DNA of 64,000 nt from the human T2T-CHM13v2.0 reference genome, Homo sapiens. Position numbers and translations under genes: made by a program. Shown piece by piece: positions 35,780 through 55,734 of this stretch. The notes below the pieces were generated by a model. It had not been told where the DNA came from, did not search any database, and saw only the letters and a program-made list of their open reading frames with translations. The stretch's first letter is position 1; each line of letters opens with the position of its first letter. The stretch is taken from NCBI RefSeq assembly GCF_009914755.1, contig NC_060929.1; one strand, 5' to 3'.

Positions 35780-35860
35780 TCATATGAACTGAGCATGCTC
35801 AGTGGACTGGAATGCACTTCAGGGGCAGTTGGATGGAATGTCCAACTGACAGCAGCAAAG
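35780..35860 (-). promoter_or_regulatory. Putative MROH2B core promoter (CpG-poor)
   Basis: About 0.5 kb upstream of the ATG. Contains a 16-bp palindrome ACTGAGCATGCTCAGT (35788-35803) and inverted MYB-type sites GGCAGTTGG and CCAACTGAC. The TSS position is recalled, not demonstrable here. Confidence 0.45.
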
Positions 35861-37940
35861 TGAAGACCTCTCTACCTCCCTCTCCATTAATTCCTCCCTG
35901 GCATGTTCAGGATCTTGGCCTCACTCCAGGCTCAGGCTTTTTCTCTGTCTTCAGCTTTCTTTTTGTTTTCAAATTATTTTTTATCTAGATCAATTTTCCA
36001 TAATGTTTTCAACTTATCTAGCATAAATTGAAATCTGGTCCCCAACTATAAATCTATGTGATGACAATCTTCAATATATGTCCAGACTCTATGTGAATAT
36101 GGAGGATGATAGAGAAAGGGAAGGCAGTACTGCTAGTCTATAGGGCTAAATGTAGAATGGGCTGAGGAGGGGAGCTCATGACAATTTTCATCTGCTGCTG
36201 CTTTTTTGGCCATCTTAACTTCATCGGTGAAGCTTATTCCAGATTCAAAGGTCAACTGCTTCCAACTAAACCTTTGAATTCATCATTCTTCTCATAGACA
36301 TTTTGCACTGTATTAAAGAGATCCTCAACATTTTCCGCTTCCCAAGTCAGCATCACTTTCAGAGTTTTGTCTCCAGGTGACTTTATCATGGGATTTACTT
36401 GGTATCCTTATTTAAAATGTGAATTCCCAGGCCCCACTTCAGACCCAGTAAATTAGAATGAGGGGGCAGCAATCTATATATTTAATGTGCGCCCCTGGTG
36501 ATTCTTAGGTTCACTGAACTTTGAAAAGCACTGACCAAGGTCCTTGCCCAAACATTCATTAGTGGATCAGTAAATAGCAGTTAACTGAAGAATGTTTGTT
36601 GTGGTTGGGCAAGGAGCTCTTCCCCAGCATCATGACTCACTGAAGAATAGGCCAAGTTTGGTTAGTCAGGGAGGTACTGGGGTGATTAGAGGCATCCCGA
36701 AACTCTTAACATCTATAAGATGTTAAGTCTACTTGTAGTAAATAAAACAACAGATTCCCTATAAGGGAAAAAATGATGTTAGAAATTATGTGCTCTTAGA
36801 GTCTTAAAAAACAATGTACAGCAGAATCAATAATAAGAAAGCTAGCCATTTAGGTAATTGTTACAACCATTTTCTTAATATTTTTGTGAATGGTGACAAA
36901 TGATTTTTCTGTATGTCTGTATATAAAGACTTCCTTGATTTCATAGAGATTAGAGAAGTTAGGAGATAATTGATTTATTTTGACTTTTAATTTATTCATC
37001 GCTGCAATCAAAACACAACTTTTTGCTAAAATCCTTTCAGACAAAGTAAATTCACTCATTGAAACCAATACTGCAGATAGTTTTAAAATCCCCAAATCCT
37101 CAAAATAGCTGATTTGCTGTCATTTTATTTCATTTTTCAGTCGCCTGCTTGTTGCATCTTCCCATTATTTCTTCCTCTTCTCATTGCATGAGGCTAACAC
37201 AATATGGATTTGATTTCTCTAAGACTCTAAGAGGATCCTAAACACGAATTCTCAAAGTGAATAGGATGGCATGTGCTAACTAATTAAGTACTGTTTCTAG
37301 ATATTTGTGAGGGAGCCTAAATCTAGCCTGCTAAGGAATTAGAGTGTCTCACTGGATATGTGGTAGCCATCCCCTTTCAATGTAACTTGTCAAATGAAGC
37401 TACCCAATCCCAGGCCTACTATGTTCCCACATGATGTTATCAGACAAAAATATTAATAAGGCAGTAAAGGTAAAATATAAAGCTACAGAAGAATAGATAC
37501 ATAGAAATAATACAGAAACGTTATAAAAATTTAAATTTTATGGTTTTAATAGTTTAATTGTAGATGATTTTAATGTATACTACAATTAATCTAAACTTTG
37601 ATATTTATCCTTTTATTCTTCAGATGACGTGTTAGATTTTTATAAAATATATTAAAAGTGAAATTAGGCTGTGTTTTGTTTGATTTGTCAGTTTCATGAG
37701 ATAAGCCTAATTTATTTTTTAAAAATTTTATTATTATTATACTTTAAGTTCTAGGGTACATGTGCACAACGTGCAGTTTTGTTACATATGTATACATGTG
37801 CCATGTTTGTGTGCTGCACCCATTAACTCGTCATTTAGCATTAGGTATATCTCCTAATGCTATCCTTTCCCACTCCCCCCACCCCCCAACAGTCCTCAGT
37901 GTGTGATGTTCCCCTTCCTTTGTCCATGTGTTCTCATTGT

Positions 37941-41782
<3,842 letters not shown>

Positions 41783-41829
41783 TTATTTTGCTCTTTAGTT
41801 GATGCAGTTTCTTCCTAGCCTTGATGGTC

Positions 41830-42848
41830 TTTACAATTTGGCATGTTTTTGCAGTGGCTGGTACCAGTTGTTCCTTTCCATGTTCAGTGCTTCCTTCAGG
41901 AGCTCTTTTAGGGCAGGCCTGGTGGTGATGAAAATCTCTCAGCATTTCCTTTTCTGTAAAGTATTTTATTTCTCTTTCACTTATGAAGCTTATTTTACCC
42001 AGATATGAAATTCTGGGTTGAAAATTCTTTTCTTTAAGAATGCTGAATATTGGCCCCCACTCTCTTCTCACTTGTAGAGTTTCTGCTGAGAGATCAGCTG
42101 TTAGTCTGATGGGCTTCCCTTTCTGGGTAACCGGACCTTTCTCTCTGGCTGCCTTTAATATTTTTTCCTTCATTTCAACTTTGGTGAATCTGACAATTAT
42201 GTTTCTTGGAGTTGCTCTTCTCTAGGAGTATCTTTGTGGAATTCTCTGTATTTCCTGAATTTGAATGTTGGCCTGCCTTGCTAGATTGGGGAAGTTCTCC
42301 TGGATAATATCCTGCAGAGTGTTTTCCAACTTGGTTCCATTCTCCCCATGACTTTCAGGTACACCAATCAGATGTAGATTTGGTCTTTTCACATAGTCCC
42401 ATATTTCTTGGAAGCTTTGTTCATTTCTTTTTATTCTTTTTTCTATAAACTTCTCTTCTCGCTTCATTTCATTCATTTAGTCTTGCATCACTGATACCCT
42501 TTCTTCCAGTTGATCGCATCAGCTACTGAGGCTTGTGCATTCATCACTTAGTTCTCGTGCCATGGTTTTCAGCTCCATCTGGTCCTTTAAGGACTTCTCT
42601 GCATTGATTATTCTAGTTAGCCATTCGTCTAGTTTTTTTTCAAGGTTTTTAATTTCTTTGCCATTGGTTCGAATTTCCTCCTGTCGCTCAGAGTAGTTTG
42701 ATCGTCTGAAGCTTTCTTCTCTCAACTTGTCAAAGTCATTCTCTGTCCAGCTTTGTTCCATTGCCAGTGAGGAGCCGCGTTCCTTTGGAGGAGGAGAGGC
42801 GCTCTGATTTTTAGAGTTTCCAGTTTTTCTGCTCTGTTTTTTCCCCAT
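41830..42848 (-). pseudogene. L1 ORF1 (disrupted)
   Basis: MGKKQSRKTGNSKNQSASPPPKE... broken into three ORFs by stops and a frameshift. Confidence 0.9.
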
Positions 42849-44585
42849 CTTTGTGGTTTTTATCTACCTTTGGTCTTTGATGATGGTGATGTACAGATGG
42901 GTTTTTGATGTGGATGTCCTTTCTGTTTGTTAGTTTTCCTTCTAACAGTCAGGACCCTCAGCTGCAGGTCTGTTGGAGTTTGCTGGAGGTCCACTCGAGA
43001 CCCTGTTTGCCTGGGTATCAGCAGTGGTGGCTGCAGAACAGCAGCTATTGGTGCGCCGCAAATGCTGCTGCCTGATTGTTCCTCTGGAAGTTTTGTCTCA
43101 GAGGAGTACCCAGCCGTGTGAAGTGTCCGTCTGCCCCTACTGAGGGGTGCCTCCCAGTTAGGCTACTCGGGGGTCAGGGATCCACTTGAGGAGGCAGTCT
43201 GCTCTTTCTCAGATCTCCAGCTGCGTGCTGGGAGAACCACTACTCTCTTCAAAGCTGTCAGACAGGGACATTTAAGTCTGCAGAGGTTACTGCTGCCTTT
43301 TGTTTGTCTGTGCCCTGCCTCCAGAGATGGAGTCTACAGAGGCAGGCAGGCCTCCTTGAGCTGTGGTGGGCTCCACCCAGTTCGAGCTTCCTGGCCACTT
43401 AGTTTACCTACTCAAGCCTCGGCAATGGCAGGAGCCCCTCCCCAGCCTTGCTGCTGCCTTGCAGTTTGATCTCAGACTGCTGTGCTAGCAATGAGCGAGG
43501 CTCCCTGGGCGTAGGACCCTCCGAGCCAGGTGCAGGATATAATCTTCTAGTGTGCCGTTTGTTAAGCCCGTTGGAAAAGCACAGTATTAGGGTGGGAGTG
43601 ACCCAATTTTCCAGGTGCCATCTGTCACTCCTTTCTTTGACTAGGAAAGGGAGTTCCCTGACCCCTTGAGCTTCCCAGGTGAGGTGATGCCTCGCCCTGC
43701 TTCGGCTCATGCACGGTGCCCTGCACCCACTGTCCTGCACCCACTGTCCGGCACTCCCCAGTGAGATGAACCCAGTACCTCAGTTGGAAATGCAGAAATC
43801 ACCCGTCTTCTGTGTCGCTGTCACTTGGAGCTGTAGACTGGAGATGTTCCAATTTGGCCATCTTGGCTCCACCCCCCTGAGATAACCCTAATCTCTTATA
43901 CTCTAATATATAAAAGAGAAAGAAATATTAGCTGGCAATGTCATATAGAAGTAATTATGCCTTTGATGTCAGTAGACCCATTTCCTTTCTTTCCTTTTTC
44001 CTTCCTCCTCACTTTCTACTTCCTTCCTCTCCTCCTGTCTCTCATGTCTTCTCCTCTCCTTTCCTATTCCCTGGTCTCTGTTTTCTCTCCTGTTATTATT
44101 ATTTTTTACTCTTTTTCCTTTGCTTTTCTACTGGTAGTAAATACAACAACAGGATAATTTCCAGTAAAATTCACTCCAGCTGAATTCAGCACACATTTAC
44201 TGACTACTTAGTAGGCAAGAAGCCCATGATAGGGATTCTTGGACAAATCATAAAAAAAGAACTTTATCCTAACCTCAAGGAACTTGCACTCTAGGGGAGA
44301 AGGCAGTCCACTGGTATAACAAATGGAAAAATGAGCCAGGATAGTGATCGTTATAATAGAGGAGTAAGCAAAGGTCATGAAAGAGTTTTGAATTTTGTCT
44401 GCAAAGCATGATTGTAGGACTTGAGTTGGTCCTTGAAAGTAGAGATGAGTCCTCTTCATAGCATTCAGAGGAACCTGTCTTCTTCTCCAAGTAGAAGACT
44501 GCAGATCCTCTAATTATTTTTTCTTCTTTAGCATGAGTAAATCATAGCAATTTGTTGATTTTTCTATTTGATTTAGGAAGATTTA

Positions 44586-46389
44586 TTTTTTAAATTTTAA
44601 TTTCTAAAATTCCAATAGCTTTTGAAGTATAGTTTTTGGTTACATGGATGAATTGTATAGTGGTGATTTCTGAGATTTTAGTGCACCCACCACCTGAGTA
44701 GTATACACTGGACCCAATATATAGTTTGGTATCACTCATCCGTCTCCAACCCTCCCCACTTCTGAGTCTCCAATGTTCATTATACCACTCTGCATGTCTT
44801 TGCATACCCATAGCTTAGCTCCTATTTGTAAGGGAGAATATATGGCATTTGGTTTTCCATTCCTGAGTTCCTTCAATAAGGGCCTCCAGCTCCATCCAAG
44901 TTACTGCAAAAGACATTATTTCATTCTTTTTTATGCCTGAGTAGTATTTCGTGGTGTATATATACCACTTTTCTTTATCCACTCATTGGTTAATGGGCAC
45001 TTAGGTTGCTTCCATATCTTTGCAACTGTGAATTGTGCTGTAATGAACATTTGTATGCAAGTATCTTTTTGATATAATGACTTCTTTTCCTTTGGGTAGA
45101 TACCTGTAGTGGGATTGCTGGATCAAATGGTAGATCTACTTTTAGTTCTTTGACAAATCTTCATACTATTTTCCCTAGAAGTTGTATTAATTTACATTTC
45201 CACCAGAGGTGTATTAAGTGTTCCCTTTTGCAGCACATCCCCATCAACAACTATTTTGTTTTGGCTTTTTAGTAATGGCCATTCTGGCTAGGATAAGGTT
45301 GTATCTCAATGTGGTTTTAATTTGCATTTCCCTGAGGATTAATGATGTGGAGCATCTTTTTCATGTTTGTTTGCTGTTTGTATCTCTTCTTTTGAGAAGT
45401 GTCAATTCATGTAATTTGCCCACTTTTTGATGGGATTATTTGTTTTTTTTCTTGTTGATTTGTTTATATGCCTTGTAGATTCTAAATATTAGTCTTTTGT
45501 GGATGCATAGTTTGCAAATATTTCATCCCATTCTGGGAGTTTTCTGTTTACTCTGATGATTATTTCTTTTGTTATGAAGAAGAAGCTCTTCAGTTTAATT
45601 AAGTTCCATTTATTTATTTTTGTTTTTGTTACATTTTCTTTTGAGGTCTTAGTCATAAATTCTTTGCCTAGGCCAACATATAGAAGAGTTTTTCCTAGGT
45701 TTTCTTCTAGCATTTTTATGGTTTCAGGTGTTATATTTAAGTCTTTAATTCATCTTAAGTTCATTTTTGTATATGGGGAGAGATGGGGATCCAATATCAT
45801 TCTTCCACATGTGGCTAGTCAGTTTCCCCAGCACCATTTATTAAACAAGATGTCCTTTCCCCAATTTATGTTTTCGTATGCCTGTAGATCAGTTGTTGGT
45901 AAGTATTTGGCTTTATTTCTGGCTTCTCTATTCTCTTCCATTAGTCTATGCATCTGCTTTTATACAAGTACCATGCTGTTTTGATACTATAACCTTGTAG
46001 TATAATTTGAAATCAGGTAATGTGATGCCTCTAGATTTGTTCTTTTTGGTTAGAATTGCCTTGGCTATTTGGGTTCTTTTTTGGCTCCATATGAATTTTA
46101 TGATTTTTTTCCTAATTCTGTGGAAAATGATGTTGGTGTTTTGATAAGGAATTGCACTGAATCTGTAGATTGCTTTGGGAAGTATGTACCTTTTCATGAT
46201 ACTGATTCTTGTAACCCATGAGTATGGGATGGATTTTTATTTGTTTGTGTCATCTATTTCTTTCAGCAGTGTTTTGTAGTTATCCTTGTAGAGATATTTT
46301 ACATCCTTGGTTAAGTATATTCTAAGGTGGTTTTTTCTTTCTTTTTGTTTTGTAAAAGGAATTGAGTTCTTGATTTGATTCTCAACTTG
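44586..46389 (-). mobile_element. 5'-truncated old L1 (L1PB/L1MA)
   Basis: Degenerate ORF2 C-terminus plus 3'UTR; degenerate TSD tgattta(gg/cc)aagattta. Confidence 0.85.
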
Positions 46390-46624
46390 TGATTTACCAA
46401 GATTTAGACTGTTATTGTTTTCAATTGCTTTTTATTGTAAATATATAGTGTTCAGCTGTTACTATGATAAAATATATATTCAACATCCTTTTAATAGAGC
46501 AGGCTTCATATCTGAAATAAAAAAAGAAGAGGAGAAACAGTATGAGACTTCAAGTTCAGAAACTTGAATTACCTTTAGATTCTGCTTCAAACTAGTTTTA
46601 TTACTGTGGGAAAATCAACCCAGT

Positions 46625-46988
46625 TGATATGGTTTGGCTGTGGCCCCACTAAAATCTCATTTTAAATTGTAGCTTGCATAATTTCCATGTGTTGTGAGAG
46701 GCACCCAGCGAGAGGTAATTGAATCATGGGGGTGGGTCTTTCCTGTGCTGTTCTTGTGATAGTGAATAAGTCTCATGAGATCTGACAGTTTTATAAAGGG
46801 AAGTTCCCCTGCACATCCTCTCTTGCCTGCCACCATGTAAGATGTGACTTTGCTCCTCCTTCTCCTTCTGCTGTGATTGTCAGGCCTCCCCAGCCACATG
46901 GAACTGTGAGTCAATCAAACCTCTTTTCTTCATAGATTACCCAGTCTCAGGTATGTCTTTATTTGCAGTGTGAGAACAGACAAATACA
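46625..46988 (+). mobile_element. THE1 solo LTR (364 bp)
   Basis: TG...CA termini; perfect 5-bp TSD ccagt. Confidence 0.92.
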
Positions 46989-47158
46989 CCAGTCCCTGGA
47001 CTGATACCTGAAAAAAGAGGAGATAAGGTTAGTTGACCTAAGGATCATTTCCTCTGCCAAGCAACTTTGTTTTCACATTCTTTGTACCACTAAAAACATT
47101 TGCAATGCTCTTTCTAATTCTAAAGCAGCAAAATTATAACTTTAAAATATTGGAACCT

Positions 47159-47553
47159 TGCTATGCATGGTTTGAATACATCTCTCAAAGTTTGTGTGTT
47201 GGAAATTTAATCCCAATGCAACAGTGTTGTGAGATGGGACTTTTAAGACGTGATTAGCTAGGTCATGAGGTCTCTGACCTCATGAATGGATTAATGTGGT
47301 TACCAAGGGAGTGGGTTCCTAAGAAAAGGATGAGTTTGTTCCCCTTTTCCCAACCCCTCTCATCTTTCTTGAATGTGTGTGCTCTTTTGATCTTTTATTT
47401 CCTGCCATGGGATGATACAGCAAGAAGGCTCACCAGATTCTCGTACTTTGGTATTAAACTAGGCGTCCAGGATATTAAGAAGTAAGTATATATTGTTTAT
47501 AAATTACCCAGTCTGTGGCATTCTGTTATAGCATCACAAAATGGACTAAAACA
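47159..47553 (+). mobile_element. MST-type MaLR solo LTR
   Basis: tgctatg...ttggaaatttaatcccaatgcaacagtgttg...aatggactaaaaca. Confidence 0.8.
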
Positions 47554-47929
47554 AATCTTATGTGAATAAGGAATTTCTTACACCTTTCCCCATATAAACC
47601 CAGTATGAAGATTTCCTTTTCCCTTGCAATGACAGCAGCAGCCAGTGATGTAGGGACAGGAGGTTAGAGAACTCTCTAAGGACTGAATGCACAGCAGCCA
47701 TTGCTGTGGACAATAAGGTAAGGCAGGATAATACACCTCAAAGCTTAATACAATGACCAAGCTTTGGTTAATGTTTCTTGATTAAAAATCCTCGAGAGAT
47801 ATAAGCTATAAATTGCTAATATGAAAGTGTAAACAATAGCTACTTTTCTGTATGTCATCAAGCATGCTGCACTTTAAAATTGAGAGAATGGTTTGAAAGT
47901 TATCCCTTTAGGAATTTAGAAAGAGCTTA

Positions 47930-48279
<350 letters not shown>

Positions 48280-48651
48280 TTAATCCCTCTAGAATTTGCA
48301 AATGATTTAAAAAATGATTTCACTCTCAAGTGATAGAAAATTAAATTCCCTGTGGATAAGTAATTTACTAGTATGGTATTTCTCAGAGCCTCTTTTATTA
48401 GGCATATCTAGCTTTGCTACTGACAGTTGCTGAGAAAAGAACAGCCTATCTTTATAATTTGGGGTAGTGAGAGAAATAACAGAGCCCTTTACCTCTGAGG
48501 ACGTTACCTGGTGGCTTGGCGTCATGATAATTGGGGCCTTCTGCTTTTTGGAGCTCATTATACCTTGGCCAGAACTTTTAGGACTAGATTTTAAGTGTCA
48601 GCTCCTGGACCTGTAAGTCATGTTAGTGAGAAATGAGACATGAGACATCGT

Positions 48652-48683
<32 letters not shown>

Positions 48684-49699
48684 TGAAGAACTCACTTTTT
48701 ATGGCAGCTAAACAATTCAAAGGAGGATACTTTCATTATCTCAACTTCTTATAATGAATGACTTGGATCTCATAATTGCCCAGGTAAATAATCTTAGAAG
48801 AAAAAGTTATTAGTATTATATTTTTAAGGATTAAAATACAATTTCATTGCCTCTGAATGATTCTCTTACATTTTGAATTTTTTTTCCTTTTTTAAAAAAG
48901 AAATAAACATGTTCCCATTGTCTTTTGTTTACTTTTATAGGATTAAAAACATACTTTTGATTCCTGCTTTTGGTAGTTTCAATGGCCTCTAGATGTGCCA
49001 TAAAAATGTGAATATTCTCATGTTACAGTTAGAGACTTTAGAATCCTAGAAATGGTCATTAAGTTTTATAGAAATAATTTGTTAGGTGAAACTGTTCAAA
49101 AACATTTAAATCAAAAAGTGATAGTAAAATATTAGATACAGTTTCAAATAGTAAATTTTCTGGTTACCAATAGTGTTCAAATATCATAGGAATATTTGCT
49201 GGAAAAGAAGCAAATAAAAAATAAAGTAGATCTAAAACAAAACATAACTTTCATTGCTGGTGCTAGTATTCATATATGTAACTCTTCATCTGCTTCTGTA
49301 GTGCACAGAAATGAGTACAGAAGCTTAGAAAGATAAACCTGGCACTCATTTCCATAGTTTGTACTTACTAAAAGAGGAAGTAGATATATATCCATTAATA
49401 TTAGAGATTTTTTTACCAGTAAGATTATTTAATCCATCTGAGCCTTAGTTACATCATCTGTAAGATTGTTAGTTGTATAGATTAAGTGAATAATGCAAAG
49501 AAAATATGTTGTACCAAGTTAGCATTATTTGTTATCTGGCATTTTTGCTGTTATTGCTCTTGTTGACATAATTATACCAAAACAGCCTAATGAGACCACA
49601 TCATTCCAGCAACTTTCTGCTCATTGAGGTCTTAATATTATGATTTCTGCTTTTAAGAAAATGCTTGTAAGCTTTGTAAAATGTTGGAACCAAACAATC

Positions 49700-51430
<1,731 letters not shown>

Positions 51431-53195
51431 TCTGCCAAGATTCTTATATGTATTTATGCTGTTCTAGTCTTATGAACTTCTGCTACCTATTTTGCTCCCA
51501 GGAATAGTAGCGTATAAGTTGGGAATATGTTTCCCTTCCCCTCCCACCAAAACCCCAAATAATGAACCCCCAAACAAAAAACAAACTCAGAAAGCACTCA
51601 ACAGTTGCCTAAATCTATAATGTTTTTGTTTTCTTGTACAAAGCTCACCTGGAGACAGGTAGCCTGGGCTAAAACAGCTCTTCAGTAATGTATTATGGAT
51701 CTATGCTCTTTTTCTTTTTTACTATCTTTAGCATGTTATTTGACCTTTAGTTACAAGATAACTGCTACATATCCAGAGCTCATGTTTGCATTCCAGGCAG
51801 GAAGAAGGTAAAATACAAAACTTTCTTCATGTGGGAGTTTACATTTTCAATTTGGAAAGAGAAGACATTCACAGTGAATTTCATTCACATATTGTTGGTA
51901 AGAACTTGGTCACATAGCCACTCTTCACTGCAGTGTAGGTTGGGAAACCATGTATTTTAGTAGTTTCAATGCTTCTCAAAAGAGGAAGGTAAGGAAGAAA
52001 AGGACTGTGAATATCTTTCAAATAGAGCATCTATGGTATCTATTAGAATAATAATTCTGTCATGTTCCCAACGTTTAAGGATACGTAAGATTGCCACAAG
52101 CCTAAATCTGGAACTATGACTAAAGATCTGTGGGAGCCAGAAGTAGCCACTTACTTCCCATGTTTGATAACATTTTTCTTCTGTTAGTCAGTCTTCCATA
52201 TGTAAATCATGAACAGTGAATGAGAGTAGAGGCAGGATGATAAAATTAGTTTGGGTTATAAAAGATAAATTCAAATAGAGACTATACTTTATATTATTGT
52301 CCTAATTTATTAGTTTTACTCCATGTTGAATTATCATTTTATTTAATTCAGAAGCTCTCAAAGGTATTCATTTTTTCAACTCTTATTTAAGCTTTTGGGC
52401 TTCTTGATCAAAGATGTACAGATGCATATATTCATGTATACCTGCGAGTATGTGCATGCATACACACACACAATAACTTTGATGCTGTTTTGATAATAAA
52501 ATTTTTGGTAACACATTTTCTTTGTTTAAAAAATCCTAGTGTAATGATATACAAGGAGAACCACACATAGGCTAGCTGATGAAACATATGTTTTAGTGTG
52601 AGAAGCAAGATATCAAGGGATAGGCTCTAAGCATAATTATTAATGATAATCTTTAATGTGCTCTTTCCAGGCTGGGGCTGGTTAGTAACAAGACTTTTGT
52701 TTTTCTTTTTGAGGATTATAAGTGTGAGGTGAGAGCGGAATTATTTGGGAAAATATAGGAGTTTGGAAAAAAATGCAGTGAAATGAGAAAGTTCGATGGT
52801 TGCTGGTTGAGGACTTTGGGAGACAAATGTCTAACTGAGATTGGACTTTATTTTTAAAATATGAAAATTATCAGACATATATAAAATAGAGATAATTGTA
52901 TAATGAATGATTGTATATGTTTACATCCTAGTTTTAATAATTATCAAGTTATTGCTCATCACGTTTTATTTCTATCCCTATTTACTTCATTCGTGTATTA
53001 TTTTGAAGCAAATACCAGATATTATATAATTCATTCCTAAATATTGTACTTTTTTTTTCCTAAAAGGTAAGGGTTCAAAAGAGTATGCCAAGAAAAAATA
53101 AGACCTAGTCAGAGCTCAATTTTCTCATAGTATCATTATATTTAGAGTTTGTTTAAATAAGATCAAGTTATGACTCATCTATTGCAATTAGTTGA

Positions 53196-53506
<311 letters not shown>

Positions 53507-54879
53507 AATATGTCTCTTAAATCTCTTTAAATATATATATTTTAATTGGGACTTTATTAATTTGATTTCTATGTAAAGAGTGAAAAAATTTCTCCCTCAT
53601 TGTCAAATTGAATCATCAATACAATCTAAATAATTTAGTTGTGCTATTTGGAACATATTAGTTTTTGATGCAATGAAATAATCATAGTATGAGAAAAAAA
53701 GCAGTATCAAGGAAAAGAAAAAAGTAAGTTTAAAGACATCAATACTGTACAATTCAGCTATAAACACTTATAAAGACAAATTGATACAATCTAAGAAGGA
53801 ATTCCTTAAAAAGCACGCATGGATGTAAGTCTGTATACCTTATTTGCATTATAAATTGGCAAAGTATCTCATTGTACAGTTATGGTATTTAGACAGATTT
53901 GTGGTTGTAAAGTTGGCACTTAAATATTTATCTTGTCTGTCAAGAAATATCACTTAAAATTTATTAAATAAGTACTATGCACTTTTAAATGTATACAGTT
54001 TTATTTAGGTATTGAATTAGCAATTCTCACAGGGGCCATTTTGTTTCAATTTGTGCTGACTTCATTGTTGGATATAACTTTCTCCACTGCAGGAATATCA
54101 CCAGGCTAATTACTAGGAAATCTCTCTCTTTTTTTTTTGGTATATGGAGTAATATGTATGGATGAAAGGACCTTAAAATTGGAGGATTTTTCAATCTAAA
54201 ATTAGATGCTCATACGAGAGAACCTCTTTCCTACTATAGACTCCCTTCTCCTTCCCCTAATCCCCATCCTGTTCTTAGCAGATGGTGACTGGGCTTATGC
54301 TAAAAACTTCCAGGGACAGAGACTTTGCTACTTGTACACAGGAAGACTATTCCATTTTGACACAACTCAAATTACTAGAAAGTTCAACCTTATGAGACAA
54401 TTTCTTTAATTTTGAAAATCATATCTTTGGCCATACTTCTGTTCTTTGTAGTAGGAAAAATTTATGTTCTCTCTTCTGTATAGTGGTATTTAAAATATTT
54501 AAAAAGATTTTCAGAAATGCTCTACACCTCAAAGATTTTTTATTTTCTAGGGAAAAAGTTTCTAAATGATCTCTTAATAGTTCCTTTAATAATTTGATTT
54601 CCAACTCTCTTACTGTCTGTCTCACTTTCTCTGAATGATTGATAGTGTTTAGAGGCCCCTCTATGTTATCAATAACTGATCAGAATATTTCATACTGATA
54701 CGAACATCAAATTTCTCTTAGTTTAGCCTAAGATGTAAGGTTTTAAAATTTCTTTGCAGTTCAATTGCATTGTGTTTCTATGCTCAAATTAACTCATAGA
54801 TTTTTTTACTTGAACTGCCAAAATATAAGACCCTCCTTAATTTATATTTGAGTGAAAGAGATTTTAAATCCAATTAAAA

Positions 54880-55727
54880 TCAACCCATCAAAAAGTGGGT
54901 GAAGGATATGAACAGACACTTCTCAAAAGAAGACATTTATGTGGCCTACAAACATATGAAAAAAAGCTCATCATCACTGGTCATTAGAAAAATGCAAATC
55001 AAAACCACAATGGGATGCCATATCATGCCAGTCAGAATGGCGATCATTAAAAAGTCAGGAAACAACAGTTGTTGGAAAGGATGTGGAGAAATAGGAACTC
55101 TTTTACACTGTTGGTGGGAGTGTAAGTTAGTTCAACCATTGTGGAAGACAGTGTGGCAATTCCTCAAGGTTCTAGAACCAGAAATACCATTTAACCCAGC
55201 AATCCCATTACTGGGTATATACCCAAAGGATTATAAATCATTCTACTATAAAGACACATGCACACATATGTTTATTGCGGCACTATTCACAGTAGCGAAG
55301 ACTTGGAACCAACCCAAATGTCCATCAGCGATAGACTGGATAAAGAAAATGTGGCACATATACACCATGGAATACCATGCAGCCATAAAAAAGGATGAGT
55401 TTATGTCCTTTGCAGGGACATGGATGAAGCTGGAAACCATCATTCTCAGCCAACTAACACAAGAACAGAAAACCAAACACTGCATGTTCTCATTCATAAG
55501 TGGGAGTTGAACAATGAGAACACATGGACACAGGGAGGGGAACATCACACACTGGGGCCTGTCAGGGGTGGGTGGCTGGGGGAGGGATAGCATTAGGAGA
55601 AATACCTAATGCAGATGATGGGTTGATGGGTGCAGCAAACCACCATGGCACATGTATACCTATGTAACAAACCTGCACGTTCTGCACATTTACCCCAGAA
55701 CTTAAAGTATAATAATAATTAAAAAAA
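54880..55727 (+). mobile_element. 5'-truncated L1PA (L1PA7/8-like) 3' end
   Basis: 203-aa open ORF2 C-terminus (KDMNRHFSKEDI...), 3'UTR and A tail. Confidence 0.9.
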
Positions 55728-55734
55728 TGTAGCC

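Noticed and set aside
48653-48680. Isolated ~28-nt poly-T
   Set aside because: No adjacent retrocopy body or convincing TSD visible; treated as a simple homopolymer.
54899-55510. 203-aa ORF
   Set aside because: C-terminal remnant of L1 ORF2 in a 5'-truncated copy with no promoter.
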